From the IMG/VR virus record IMGVR_UViG_2617270944_000003, positions 1 to 34,580 of that record: 34,580 bases of DNA; one strand, written 5' to 3'. The stretch comes from a virus. Lineage: Duplodnaviria; Heunggongvirae; Uroviricota; Caudoviricetes. The notes beneath the pieces were generated by a model. It was given only the letters and a program-made list of their open reading frames with translations. It was not told the origin of the DNA and did not search any database. Of the stretch, positions 8,371 through 17,566 are shown piece by piece. The number at the start of each line of letters is the position of its first letter. The stretch's first letter is position 1. The position numbers and the translations under genes were made by a program.

Positions 8371-10100
8371 CAGACCCCCTCCGCAATAAACCCAATATTC
8401 CATCCACCGTTATCTCCGGTGATGCTCAGAGTAAAGCCAGTTGCAGTAATAGCTGTAATGGCGACACCCTCAACACTCCCACCGTGTGGCGAACGGAAAA
8501 CGGGGATCACGTACCAGCACTGACGGGCAAATGGTGTCGGAAAATTCACCTGATACTCTTTATTCACCACACCAGTTGCCCCGGAAAAATAACTGTTAAA
8601 AAACTGCTTCAGCACACCGCCAGTTATTCGGTGATAATTGCTGCCAAATGAAAATTCATCTTCACAAACACCCCGACGCCATGGTGTTGTATTGTCTTTA
8701 ACCGTATCAGAGCCGCTGAAACGGTGATACATTTCCCCTGCTCCGGTGATGAAAATCTGCGCGCGTCTGTTCTTGTTATACGCAGCCTGAAAACCTGCAC
8801 CATTCGATGGCACTTCATCTGCATTACCTGAATATGCAAGAAACTGTGAAACCTCACCCATTTCGTAGTTATTATTGCTACCGATTCCGTATGCTCCCTG
8901 TTGCAGAGCACTTTCAGCCTTATCAACCGTCGGTTTAAGTCCCAGATTCTGAATAAACAAAGTCTGGTCAGGAATATCAGCACCATTGCGGTCCTTTGCC
9001 AGTCTCGCACTGGCGTTGTCCATCGCAATTTTTACCGCTTTCAATGTCGCCGCAACATTTTCTGACACGCTGTTTACATCGTTCCCCAGTTGCACCATTC
9101 CTTTAACACTCACTGATGCTTCTGGATAATGTGCACTGGTGAACACCTGATTCCACGGTGTTTCATCATCGGCAATTTTCGATAACATGCTGAATCGACA
9201 GTACATCTTGCCATCATTAGCGACATAAATTTGTGCACGTCGATTGTCGTTGTAACAGGCCTGGAAACCAGCACCATGTGTTGGCACTTCTGGATAGCCG
9301 ACAGCTGTACCATAAGCAAAAAATTGCGATTTGGTTCCCATGGTTTTCAGATAAGCCAGGCCAATTCCATAATCTCCTGGCTGAATCGCTGATGCAGCTT
9401 TATCAACAGTCGTTTTCAATCCCAGATTCTGAACAAACAGTGCCGGATTGGGAATATCAGAACCATTGCGGTCTTTTGCCAGTCTGGCGCTGGCATTATC
9501 CATCGCTATTTTCACTGCTTTTGGCGTTGCAGCGACTGTTTCATCATTGCTTTCCACACCGCTATACAGACGTACAAATCCCTTTTCTGTCAAAGACGCA
9601 GAAGGATGGCGGCGCGATTGCTCATGAATTTCTATTTGTTGATCTACATAATGGCGGGTTGCCAGCACGACAGCAGGGGCGATTTTCAGGGTGATATTGT
9701 CCGTACTGCTGGTAATCAGCACCATGCGCACGGTCTGGGTGCGCCCGCTGCCTTCAGCCAGTTGTGGCTTATAGCTTTCCGGGCAGTTGCCCACGGCAAT
9801 CAATGCCCCGGACTCATCAAACAGGCCCACTTCACGTATCCACCAACCGCCCTCGTTTTCTGGGATCACCTGTTCGGCAATAATCTGGCTGCTGTTCTGC
9901 GGGTCGATATAGAGCATATTCAGCGCAGCCCGGCGTTTCTCATTTACCAATGCTGTCTGCTTTGCGTCCGGCGTTGGCAATGTTCCGCCGCCATCGCCGA
10001 CCGCCATATGGGTAATTTTTAAAGGCACACCGAGCGCGGCGGCGCTGGCAAGTTTCGCCGCGCCAATATCCGTCAGCAGGGTATAAAATTTTGTGCTCAT
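8370..10100 (-). CDS. H: Tail fiber protein H
   Basis: N-terminus MSTKFYTLLTDIGAAKLASAAALG... resembles P2 gpH; contains an internally duplicated ~60-aa module (AATPKAVKIAMDNASARLAKDRNG...). Confidence 0.85.
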   Translation of the reverse strand: MSTKFYTLLTDIGAAKLASAAALGVPLKITHMAVGDGGGTLPTPDAKQTALVNEKRRAALNMLYIDPQNSSQIIAEQVIPENEGGWWIREVGLFDESGALIAVGNCPESYKPQLAEGSGRTQTVRMVLITSSTDNITLKIAPAVVLATRHYVDQQIEIHEQSRRHPSASLTEKGFVRLYSGVESNDETVAATPKAVKIAMDNASARLAKDRNGSDIPNPALFVQNLGLKTTVDKAASAIQPGDYGIGLAYLKTMGTKSQFFAYGTAVGYPEVPTHGAGFQACYNDNRRAQIYVANDGKMYCRFSMLSKIADDETPWNQVFTSAHYPEASVSVKGMVQLGNDVNSVSENVAATLKAVKIAMDNASARLAKDRNGADIPDQTLFIQNLGLKPTVDKAESALQQGAYGIGSNNNYEMGEVSQFLAYSGNADEVPSNGAGFQAAYNKNRRAQIFITGAGEMYHRFSGSDTVKDNTTPWRRGVCEDEFSFGSNYHRITGGVLKQFFNSYFSGATGVVNKEYQVNFPTPFARQCWYVIPVFRSPHGGSVEGVAITAITATGFTLSITGDNGGWNIGFIAEGV

Positions 10101-10702
10101 GGATTCACTCTCATTGTGTCAATAACATGGACCGCCCCACCTTCATGCGCGGTGCCGCCGGAAATAATTGTTTCGTTGATATACGGATAGATCGTGATTT
10201 CTTCGCCAAGATAGCTGGCGGCCCCCACCCAATGCGGACCGCTGGTCTGCAGATTGATGGACATGCCGATCATGTGACGGCTACATGGTTTGGCATCGCT
10301 TATCAGCCGCTCAAGTTCCAGATAGGTATCTTCAGTGATGCCCTGGTCCTGCACGCCGATATCCAGACGAAACGTGCCCGGTGCCTCTCCGGTCTGCCAC
10401 CACTCAATAATGCGGATCAGAAAGCCGAACGGCTCCACCACCCGCCGCACGGCACTGGTGGTCCCTTTATGCTGATGAATATAAAAAGCATCCTTCACCA
10501 CCTGGCGCTTGACGCTTTCTGTCCAGCCTTCGTCCCAGCGATCCACAGAGAACGCCCAGGCGAGATAAGGCAGGAAGCTGACCGGGCAGGTAGCCGGATT
10601 CCACAAGTCACGCAGCGGCACCTGCAGATCAGAAATCCCGCTACAGGTCTGCGCCAGTCGGCGCTCCAGTGAAGTTGACCCCGATGGCAGCAGACTATTC
10701 AT
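10097..10702 (-). CDS. I: Baseplate/tail protein I
   Basis: Translation ...LWNPATCPVSFLPYLAWAFSVDRWDEGW... matches remembered P2 gpI. Confidence 0.8.
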   Translation of the reverse strand: MNSLLPSGSTSLERRLAQTCSGISDLQVPLRDLWNPATCPVSFLPYLAWAFSVDRWDEGWTESVKRQVVKDAFYIHQHKGTTSAVRRVVEPFGFLIRIIEWWQTGEAPGTFRLDIGVQDQGITEDTYLELERLISDAKPCSRHMIGMSINLQTSGPHWVGAASYLGEEITIYPYINETIISGGTAHEGGAVHVIDTMRVNP

Positions 10703-11603
10703 CCGTTCCCCCGTTGGTCACGCTCCACTCCGTACATGATGCCGCCTGCGTTTTGTTCAAAACCACATCCGCCAGCGGCGAAGCCAGCTCCACACGCTGC
10801 ACACCCTCAACATGCAGGGCGGCAAAGATGGCGCTACGGCGAATATCCCGACCAAGCCGCGTCTGACTGGCGATGTACTTCTGCAGGCTGGCTTTTGCCG
10901 CTGCCATTACCGGCTCTGCTTCCGGCCCCGGATAGAGAAAAATGGTGGCTTCCACGCGGTACGGTATGATTTCTGCGCTGCGAACCGTAAGACGGTCAGC
11001 CACCGGGCGGACGTTCTCACTGTTCAGAGCTTTTTCCACCACGTCCAGCAGGTCTTTTTCTGCAGTTCCATCGCCTTCGCGGCTAAGGACAGTCAGCACC
11101 ACCTCTGCAGGTGCCGGGCTGGTTGCACTGGCATCCGCCACCCGACCGTCGGCGCTTCGAGCATGAAATTCATAAGCTGCAGTTGGCCCCGCAACAGAAA
11201 GCCCTTCAAAGGCTGCAGGCACACGCAGGCGTAACGCTTCATCGCTTTCCATCACAGCTGCAACGGGCGGCACAGCATCATTATCAGCAGGCGTCACCGT
11301 CAGGCGTGTCACGTTGTAGTTGGCAGCGAGCTGGTCAAGATCGCCGCCCATCGCGTAAGCCACCATCACCGCCTGTGCGGCTTCGTTAATGCGCTGGCGC
11401 AGAAGCAACTCACGGTAAGCGTTCTCCTGCAGCAATTTGGTGACGGGTTCAGATTCCAGTTCCAGCGTGCGGATCACTGCTTCCTGCTCATCTTTCGGAT
11501 GAAGCGCCACAAATTCTGCCTTGCGTTCGGCAAGCAGCGTCTCAAAGTCCGGCACATCCACAATCTGCGGTGCAGGCAACTGCGAAAGGTCAATCACTGC
11601 CAT
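10695..11603 (-). CDS. J: Baseplate assembly protein J
   Basis: From ATG at 11603: MAVIDLSQLPAPQIVDVPDFETLLAERKA..., near colinear with remembered P2 gpJ. Confidence 0.85.
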   Translation of the reverse strand: MAVIDLSQLPAPQIVDVPDFETLLAERKAEFVALHPKDEQEAVIRTLELESEPVTKLLQENAYRELLLRQRINEAAQAVMVAYAMGGDLDQLAANYNVTRLTVTPADNDAVPPVAAVMESDEALRLRVPAAFEGLSVAGPTAAYEFHARSADGRVADASATSPAPAEVVLTVLSREGDGTAEKDLLDVVEKALNSENVRPVADRLTVRSAEIIPYRVEATIFLYPGPEAEPVMAAAKASLQKYIASQTRLGRDIRRSAIFAALHVEGVQRVELASPLADVVLNKTQAASCTEWSVTNGGTDE

Positions 11604-11949
11604 TCTCTGCTCCTGTTGATACGGAAAGGGACACAGGCACACCGTTATTCCGCCGCCCGGTCAGCTCCACCACCATAGAACCGTCAAAGTTGCTGTTGAT
11701 GGTGATGGAATCCAGCGTCAGCCGTGGCTCCCAGCGACTCAGCGCCACATACACTGCCGACATGACCTGCAGGCGTAATGCCGGATTTTGTGGCTGGTCT
11801 ATCAGTGCCGACAGCAGGGAACCATATTCACGACGGGCAATGCGGCTACCCTGCGGCGTCAGCAAAATGTCCCGCACCGACTGGCGCAGATGGTCAATAT
11901 CAGTAATGGCCTTACCGCTGATATTGTTCATCCCGCTATAAAGCGTCAT
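11590..11949 (-). CDS. W: Baseplate assembly protein W
   Basis: 119-aa ORF between V and J; start overlaps the V stop (ATGA). Confidence 0.8.
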   Translation of the reverse strand: MTLYSGMNNISGKAITDIDHLRQSVRDILLTPQGSRIARREYGSLLSALIDQPQNPALRLQVMSAVYVALSRWEPRLTLDSITINSNFDGSMVVELTGRRNNGVPVSLSVSTGAENGSD

Positions 11950-12524
11950 ACCGGGCCTCCGGTGGTGTCACCGCCTTTCAGAACGCCAGTATGCTGATGC
12001 GCATCAACCACGATCCCGTTAGAACTCATTGCACCGCCGCCCTGGGTAACGCCACCATTGATCACTACTTCGCTGTTAATACGCGTGCGGTCAGCCTCCA
12101 GCACAAACTCACTGGTTTTCAGGGTGATGTTGTCGACGGCCTCAATGACCATAGATTTGATGCCCCTGACATACCAGCGCCCGGTGGCGGGTTCATATTC
12201 AAACCAGCCACCATCAGGATGTTCTGTCACGCAGGCGTCCGCCGACGTCGACGGTGGTGCGAACTGATTCGAATAGATGGCGGGCAGCGCAAAAGCTGTT
12301 TCCAGATTACCGCCCATACTCAGCAGCACCACCTGCTCACCTTCCGATGGTCGCCACCATGTCCGGGCATTCCCGGCACGCAGCGTCAGCCAGCTGATCC
12401 AGTTGGTTTCAAGGTCGCCCGTTTTCACCCGGCAAAGCCAGTTTGTCCTGTCCACTTCGGTGACTACCCCAGTGCGGATCAGGTTGGTGATAAGGCGCAT
12501 GATTTCGGTTAATTGTGCGTTCAT
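11946..12524 (-). CDS. V: Baseplate spike/assembly protein V
   Basis: 192-aa ORF with N-terminal region similar to remembered P2 gpV; palindromic TGT-N12-ACA element upstream. Confidence 0.8.
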   Translation of the reverse strand: MNAQLTEIMRLITNLIRTGVVTEVDRTNWLCRVKTGDLETNWISWLTLRAGNARTWWRPSEGEQVVLLSMGGNLETAFALPAIYSNQFAPPSTSADACVTEHPDGGWFEYEPATGRWYVRGIKSMVIEAVDNITLKTSEFVLEADRTRINSEVVINGGVTQGGGAMSSNGIVVDAHQHTGVLKGGDTTGGPV

Positions 12525-12570
12525 AGGGAAAGGTTGCCATCAGGGGAAGAAAGGCGGCAGTGCTGCAACT

Positions 12571-12588
12571 TGTATCAGTGCTGATACA
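12571..12588 (-). promoter_or_regulatory. Ogr-dependent late promoter activator site (perfect palindrome TGTATCAG-TG-CTGATACA) upstream of V
   Basis: tgtatcagtgctgataca lies in the 68-bp S-V intergenic gap. Confidence 0.5.
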
Positions 12589-12592
12589 AAAA

Positions 12593-13039
12593 TCACCCCG
12601 CCAGCCATTGCAGAATCATGTCGCGGGTCATTGCCTCAACATCATCATTTACACCCAGAAGGCGACGCTCTGCGTAACGGACCTCCGGTCCTTTGCGGCT
12701 GACGCGATCACGTAAGCCGTAGTGATGAACACGGGCAATGCGCTGTACCTTGCCTTCAAACTGCACGCTGGCAGAGTCGGCGCTGGCGGCAGTTTTCAGG
12801 TATTTTGTGGTGCGCAGCTTTGCAAACATCTGACGTTTGATACGGCCTTTTTTACTGCGTGCTGTTACCCGTCGCGGTTCATAATTGCTGCCATCTGGAT
12901 TGCGCTGCATTCTGATATTTTGCTGCTGTGTCCGGCGTAGTTCCTGCGCCAGCTGGCGCATCATGCGGCTTCTTGCGGCTGGCTCCAGATTCGCCAGCAA
13001 GGCACTCAGCCAGTCGTCAACTTTCTGCAGTTCAGCCAC
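12593..13039 (-). CDS. S: Tail completion / virion morphogenesis protein S
   Basis: 148-aa ORF in P2 R-S position; GTG start overlapping the R 3' end. Confidence 0.7.
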   Translation of the reverse strand: MAELQKVDDWLSALLANLEPAARSRMMRQLAQELRRTQQQNIRMQRNPDGSNYEPRRVTARSKKGRIKRQMFAKLRTTKYLKTAASADSASVQFEGKVQRIARVHHYGLRDRVSRKGPEVRYAERRLLGVNDDVEAMTRDMILQWLAG

Positions 13040-13463
13040 GTTTCACCGTCCACATTTCTTCAGGTTCATCAGGTTCCGCTATAGCTTCAACGCTCGACAC
13101 ACTGCCGTCAGTGCTGACCAGCACACGCTCCGTCAGTTGCAGGTTGAGGCTGAGATCACAGACATCGTTGCGCAGAATATCCACCTCAAAGGTGAATAGC
13201 TTTTCCCGTAACGCCGGGTTATTGATGGCATCGGGCTGGTTATCACGCAGCCACAGCAAAACCGGGGCCATCAGCAGATTCTGGTCGCCGCTGAAATCCT
13301 CAATCACCACGTTCAGGGTGTAGCGGTACTCCCATGACATGGAGCTGGCCCCCGTGGCAACCAGCGAACCGTTATCCACAAACAGATGCAGTTTGTCCGG
13401 GTTATTGCGGACATAAGGCACTGCTTTATTGAGGGCGTGGCGCAGGGATTGTGGTTTGTTCAC
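13032..13463 (-). CDS. R: Tail completion protein R
   Basis: Translation ...LHLFVDNGSLVATGASSMSWEYRYTLNVVIEDF... resembles P2 gpR; GTG start at 13463 with AGGAG RBS preferred over upstream TTG at 13484. Confidence 0.7.
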   Translation of the reverse strand: MNKPQSLRHALNKAVPYVRNNPDKLHLFVDNGSLVATGASSMSWEYRYTLNVVIEDFSGDQNLLMAPVLLWLRDNQPDAINNPALREKLFTFEVDILRNDVCDLSLNLQLTERVLVSTDGSVSSVEAIAEPDEPEEMWTVKRG

Positions 13464-13716
13464 TGTTTCGCTCCTGACACGCAATAATCATGTCCACTTT
13501 GTCTGCACAGACCGCCCAGGCGGCCTCCGTTTCATCCAGCAACGCGTTCAGATCACCGTTAGTGCGCAGCGTTGCCTGATCCAGCAGACACGGCGTCACT
13601 CGCGGACAACCACTGACGGTAAGCTGCACCTCCGGTGAGTGTGGGGCGTTCCCGCATCCGGATAATGTCAGCAGGCAAAGGAGTATCAGCCCAGCGGCGT
13701 AAATCCTCGTTCTCAC
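13426..13716 (-). CDS. lysC: o-spanin (LysC/Rz1-like outer-membrane lipoprotein), overlapping the LysB frame
   Basis: Signal peptide with lipobox LTLSGC; starts (GTG) inside lysB in another frame and extends past its stop. Confidence 0.65.
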   Translation of the reverse strand: MRTRIYAAGLILLCLLTLSGCGNAPHSPEVQLTVSGCPRVTPCLLDQATLRTNGDLNALLDETEAAWAVCADKVDMIIACQERNSEQTTIPAPRPQ

Positions 13717-13987
13717 GTTTCAGTTCCTCGATCCGGCGTTGTCGTTGTCTCAGCAGTGCGCTGGTCTGTTCTGCTTTGGCATAGAGCCGCGCCTGCTCCC
13801 GGTTATTGGTTTCAGCCAGAATGGACAGGCTGATCAGCTGGCTGTTGCTCTTTGCCAGTGCCTGGCTTTTGCTCCGAAGCTCGTCTGCCTGCGTGCTGAT
13901 GGTCTGGCTGGCATCAGCCAGCCGCCACGTCTGCCAGCCCAGCGCCGCCAGTAATAACGCCAGCACAACCAGCAGTACCCGGTTCAT
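13559..13987 (-). CDS. lysB: i-spanin (LysB/Rz-like)
   Basis: N-terminal transmembrane segment MNRVLLVVLALLLAALGW followed by charged coiled-coil region. Confidence 0.75.
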   Translation of the reverse strand: MNRVLLVVLALLLAALGWQTWRLADASQTISTQADELRSKSQALAKSNSQLISLSILAETNNREQARLYAKAEQTSALLRQRQRRIEELKRENEDLRRWADTPLPADIIRMRERPTLTGGAAYRQWLSASDAVSAGSGNAAH

Positions 13988-14361
13988 GCTGCTACCTGTT
14001 GCGCCATCTGATTACGGGTGATCCAGAAGGCAATAACGGTCAGCAGATAAAAGACCAGGGTAATAGCCCACCCCGTCCAGGCGAGACTGACGACAATCAG
14101 CAATCGCATCATCCAGCTGATAAATACGTTTTCTTTTCGAGTAATGGTCTTTAGCAAAGATGCCCTCAACTCCTGCCAGAGCGGGCCGTTCTTAATTAAC
14201 GCAGCCAGTGCTACCGGAATTACCGCCCATGTCAGCAGACAAGCTACCCAGACACCGGACGCTGCCAGTACCGGAAAAATCCCCTGCGGATACACCATTG
14301 CTGCGATTAACAGCGCCATCCATAACATCAGAAACAGTCCGCTGATTAATTTCTTTTTCAT
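13984..14361 (-). CDS. lysA: LysA-like membrane protein (lysis timing)
   Basis: Multi-pass hydrophobic protein between endolysin and spanins; ATG at 14361 with MKKK start. Confidence 0.65.
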   Translation of the reverse strand: MKKKLISGLFLMLWMALLIAAMVYPQGIFPVLAASGVWVACLLTWAVIPVALAALIKNGPLWQELRASLLKTITRKENVFISWMMRLLIVVSLAWTGWAITLVFYLLTVIAFWITRNQMAQQVAA

Positions 14362-14362
14362 T

Positions 14363-14875
14363 TCAGTTTGCTCCCTGTAAGCACCAGGCCATCTCCCGCG
14401 CACGGCGGTTATCCAGCCCCTGATTAAACACACCTTTTACATACACCCAGCGCGGCAACTGTCGGCACGCATCCGCCCAGCGCCGCTGATTGAGCAATTT
14501 CACCAGCGTGGAACTGCAGGCATTGCCCGTACCCACGTTGAAGGCAAACGACACCGCAGCGTCATACACCTTCTGCGGCGGCTGTTGCTTCACACACCTT
14601 TCCAGCGCCCTCTCCACACGCAGCACGTTGGAGATCAGCCCTTCTGCTGCCTGTCGTTCCGTGATTGTTTTGCCGGGAATGACGCCCGATGTATTACCAA
14701 TGCCGTCGGTCCAGACACCCGCGCTGCACTGATACGGCTGCAGACGACAGCCTTCGTAATCGGCAATCAGTTTCAGTCCCTCCACGGAGGTGTGAAGCTG
14801 CTGAAAACCCGGCAGCGTGGCAGCAATAGCCAGCACGCCCCCGACAAGGCAGCGTTTAACGATTGATGGATTCAT
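14363..14875 (-). CDS. K: Endolysin (phage lysozyme family, possible SAR type)
   Basis: Catalytic-triad context ...ADYEGCRLQPYQCSAGVWTDGIG... typical of phage lysozymes; hydrophobic N-terminus LVGGVLAIAATLPG suggests a signal-anchor-release domain. Confidence 0.85.
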   Translation of the reverse strand: MNPSIVKRCLVGGVLAIAATLPGFQQLHTSVEGLKLIADYEGCRLQPYQCSAGVWTDGIGNTSGVIPGKTITERQAAEGLISNVLRVERALERCVKQQPPQKVYDAAVSFAFNVGTGNACSSTLVKLLNQRRWADACRQLPRWVYVKGVFNQGLDNRRAREMAWCLQGAN

Positions 14876-15071
14876 AGTCCTCCCGCGAGATCTGCCCGTC
14901 GCGCAGAAGCTGGTAGGCTTTGTGTTTGTAGTACCAGTTGATAGCCAGCATCAGCACACCAATCATCAGGCCGCCCAGCGTTGAGGCATCCTTGATGGAC
15001 AAATCGCCCAGCCAGGCCAGCACGACGGCGATGCAATACGTGATAAAGGCGCTGATTCGCTCAAGCGTCAT
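14856..15071 (-). CDS. Y: Holin
   Basis: 71-aa protein with two hydrophobic segments and charged C-terminus, immediately upstream of the endolysin. Confidence 0.65.
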   Translation of the reverse strand: MTLERISAFITYCIAVVLAWLGDLSIKDASTLGGLMIGVLMLAINWYYKHKAYQLLRDGQISREDYESINR

Positions 15072-15074
15072 AAT

Positions 15075-15278
15075 TCAGTCCCATAGCTGGACGGTCTGCA
15101 CGGTGGTGGTTGTCGGTATGTCCGGCAGCTCCACCTGCAACCCGTGAGGTAAAAAGGGGCCGTATTCGGCAAGCCCCGGATTTGCCTTCAGTACCTGCTC
15201 CGTGACACCCTGCGTGCGCCCGTAATGACGCCAGCAAAGCGCGTCCACCGTGTCATACTGATGCGCACGCACTTTCAT
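15075..15278 (-). CDS. X: Tail protein X
   Basis: 67-aa ORF matching the size and position of P2 gpX. Confidence 0.8.
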   Translation of the reverse strand: MKVRAHQYDTVDALCWRHYGRTQGVTEQVLKANPGLAEYGPFLPHGLQVELPDIPTTTTVQTVQLWD

Positions 15279-15742
15279 CAGATAAGCTCCACTGTGCAGT
15301 GCGGCGCATCCTGCACCCGGCTGATGGCCCAGCGGGCGTCACGCCACAAATCACCGCTTGCTTCCGCCAGTTCCTCGCCTCGCTTCGCACCGGATGCCGT
15401 GGCGTCATAGTCCTGGTAACGTTCGTTGAGCATGGCGCGTGCCCAGCAGTAAACCGCGTTGAAATAGTGCTGAATGCGCTCGCTTTTGCCGTCCAGTTGT
15501 TCCGCCGGGACTTCTGCCAGCGAGGCATACCCCAGCATCTGCTGGCGTCTGCGAAACTCATACAGCTCTGCGTTGACCTCCGAAATTGCCGACAGCGCAA
15601 CCTGCTTTAAACGCGGCTGCGTCACCGTGCCGTCAGTGCGCATGACACTGCGAAACTCCGACAGGTCCACATCAGGCCAGAACGGCGTATTTCTGATGAT
15701 TTCCGCCTGTTCCGGTGCCTGTTCTGGCGCAACAAACTTCAT
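15278..15742 (-). CDS. L: Head completion/stabilization protein L
   Basis: 154-aa ORF between M and X. Confidence 0.8.
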   Translation of the reverse strand: MKFVAPEQAPEQAEIIRNTPFWPDVDLSEFRSVMRTDGTVTQPRLKQVALSAISEVNAELYEFRRRQQMLGYASLAEVPAEQLDGKSERIQHYFNAVYCWARAMLNERYQDYDATASGAKRGEELAEASGDLWRDARWAISRVQDAPHCTVELI

Positions 15743-15837
15743 GCTGCTTTCTCCTGAAATAAAGGGCGGTGGACGGGGTTTTGATGTGGCAGTGCCTTTC
15801 GCCCCCCCGTGCCGCCCGTGCGCGGGGGCACGTTCTG

Positions 15838-16488
15838 TCAGCGGCTGTCATTGCGCAGTCTGCGCTCCAACTGCTGTTTGTCTTTTTTCACGCCACAGCG
15901 GGGATCGAGCTGTAACGCATGGTTGAGATGATTAAGGGCGGAAGCCGGATTGCTTTCACTCAGGACAGCGCCAATCGCTTTATGCAGACGCGCCCGTGAC
16001 TGGTCCGGCATATCCAGACCGTCTGTCAGCTCCAGCGTCTGCAGCAACAGATCGGCATCAAAGCCGGTGGCGGCAAGCATTGCGCTCTGCGCAGCGTCTG
16101 CCATTTCCTCTGCCAGCACGGTCTGCACATTGCGATTACCCAGCGGCATCACCCAGCCATGACGCAGGGCATGACGCCCGATCTGCAGCGCCCCGGCATA
16201 ATCTCCGGCATCAATGCGCCACAGCATCACGTACATCAGCACGTCATCCTGTTGAGCGCCTCCGGCAGCCAGGACACCCTCTGCCCAGGCGGCGTACTTC
16301 GGCAGCAGCTCCACCTTGATTTCCGCTTTTTTGACCGTGGACTGAACGCCCTTGAGACGGCGGCGGTCTTCCGCCAGTTGCAGCAGCATCAGGTCATAGC
16401 CCGACGCGTGGCGAACACTGCCGCCCTCGCGGGCGGCCTGTTCAGCCTGAACGCGCAGGCGATGCTGCCGTGCGGGACTCAGGCTCAT
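15838..16488 (-). CDS. M: Terminase endonuclease (small) subunit M
   Basis: 216-aa ORF downstream of the capsid gene in P2 O-N-M-L order. Confidence 0.8.
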   Translation of the reverse strand: MSLSPARQHRLRVQAEQAAREGGSVRHASGYDLMLLQLAEDRRRLKGVQSTVKKAEIKVELLPKYAAWAEGVLAAGGAQQDDVLMYVMLWRIDAGDYAGALQIGRHALRHGWVMPLGNRNVQTVLAEEMADAAQSAMLAATGFDADLLLQTLELTDGLDMPDQSRARLHKAIGAVLSESNPASALNHLNHALQLDPRCGVKKDKQQLERRLRNDSR

Positions 16489-16491
16489 GGT

Positions 16492-17550
16492 TTATGCTCC
16501 GGCTTCTGCGGCGGCGGCGCTGAAATCGCCAATCTGGATGTTTTCCACCAGTGCAGCGCAGCGGTAGTCCTCAACCACATAGGCTTCGTTAACAGATTCA
16601 AAGTTTTCAATCCGGTCACGTTTCGGGTTGTCGATAACTGAACGGCGGCGGGTGTCTTCCTGCCAGTAGATGGACAGGTTATCCAGACGGGTGATCAGCA
16701 GCGCATTCGGCGGGAAGAACGGCGCACGCACGGCCTGCAGACCGCCCATGCGTTTCTGACTGATAATCATATCGGCTGCCAGTTTTTCACTGTTTTCCTG
16801 CTCTTTGTTGACCAGCGGGAAATACTTGTCAGACAGCAGTTCACGACCGCAAATCACCACCAGATCGTCATCGTCCTGGTAGACCACGTCGATAAGCTCA
16901 TTGACCGCATCCATCACCACAGCGTCCAGGTTGGCATATTCGCCACCTTTCCCGACTTTCACCGCACCCGGTGTGGTTTCGCCGCTCGTGGTGGTGCTGC
17001 CCATGACGTGATCCGGTGCATCCTCACGGATTTTCTGCAGCCAGCCTTTGTTCACATCCTGCAGCAGCGGGTTTTCACTACGGTTGGAGGTTTTCGCACG
17101 CTTCACGCCGTTAAAGCCGATCATGATGCGGTCCAGTGCCTGACGTTTCACGATGGCGTCACGGATACGCACCTGGAAATCCTGAAACTTCGCCCACAGG
17201 TCCAGCTTCGCGTAGGTCAGCACCGTGTCAAAGTTGGTCTGCTCGCATTTGTATTCCACATCGACCATCAGCGTCGGATCGACAGGTTCACGCTCTTTCG
17301 CGGTGGTGTCAGTGGTTCCGGCAATGGTGCTGCCAACACCCAGCCCCAGCAGCTGACCGGACTGCTCAGTCACTGGCGTGACGTTAATCAGCGTCAGGAA
17401 AGCGGCGGACTGCTGGATCTGGTCTTCCAGCTTCTGCTGCACAGACGGCTCTACAGTGAACTTGCTGGACAGTTCTTCAACTGCCACACCGTTAAGACGT
17501 GCCAGTTGCTGCAGGTAAGCGTTAAAAGCAAAGCGGGTATTCTTCTTCAT
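16492..17550 (-). CDS. N: Major capsid protein N
   Basis: 352-aa ORF, P2 gpN-like size and position. Confidence 0.85.
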   Translation of the reverse strand: MKKNTRFAFNAYLQQLARLNGVAVEELSSKFTVEPSVQQKLEDQIQQSAAFLTLINVTPVTEQSGQLLGLGVGSTIAGTTDTTAKEREPVDPTLMVDVEYKCEQTNFDTVLTYAKLDLWAKFQDFQVRIRDAIVKRQALDRIMIGFNGVKRAKTSNRSENPLLQDVNKGWLQKIREDAPDHVMGSTTTSGETTPGAVKVGKGGEYANLDAVVMDAVNELIDVVYQDDDDLVVICGRELLSDKYFPLVNKEQENSEKLAADMIISQKRMGGLQAVRAPFFPPNALLITRLDNLSIYWQEDTRRRSVIDNPKRDRIENFESVNEAYVVEDYRCAALVENIQIGDFSAAAAEAGA

Positions 17551-17566
17551 CAGGTTTTGTGCTCCA

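Noticed and set aside
15790-15820. GC-rich hairpin (cccccgtgc...gcgcggggg) between M and L
   Set aside because: No T-tract follows on either strand, so not a canonical intrinsic terminator; function unclear.
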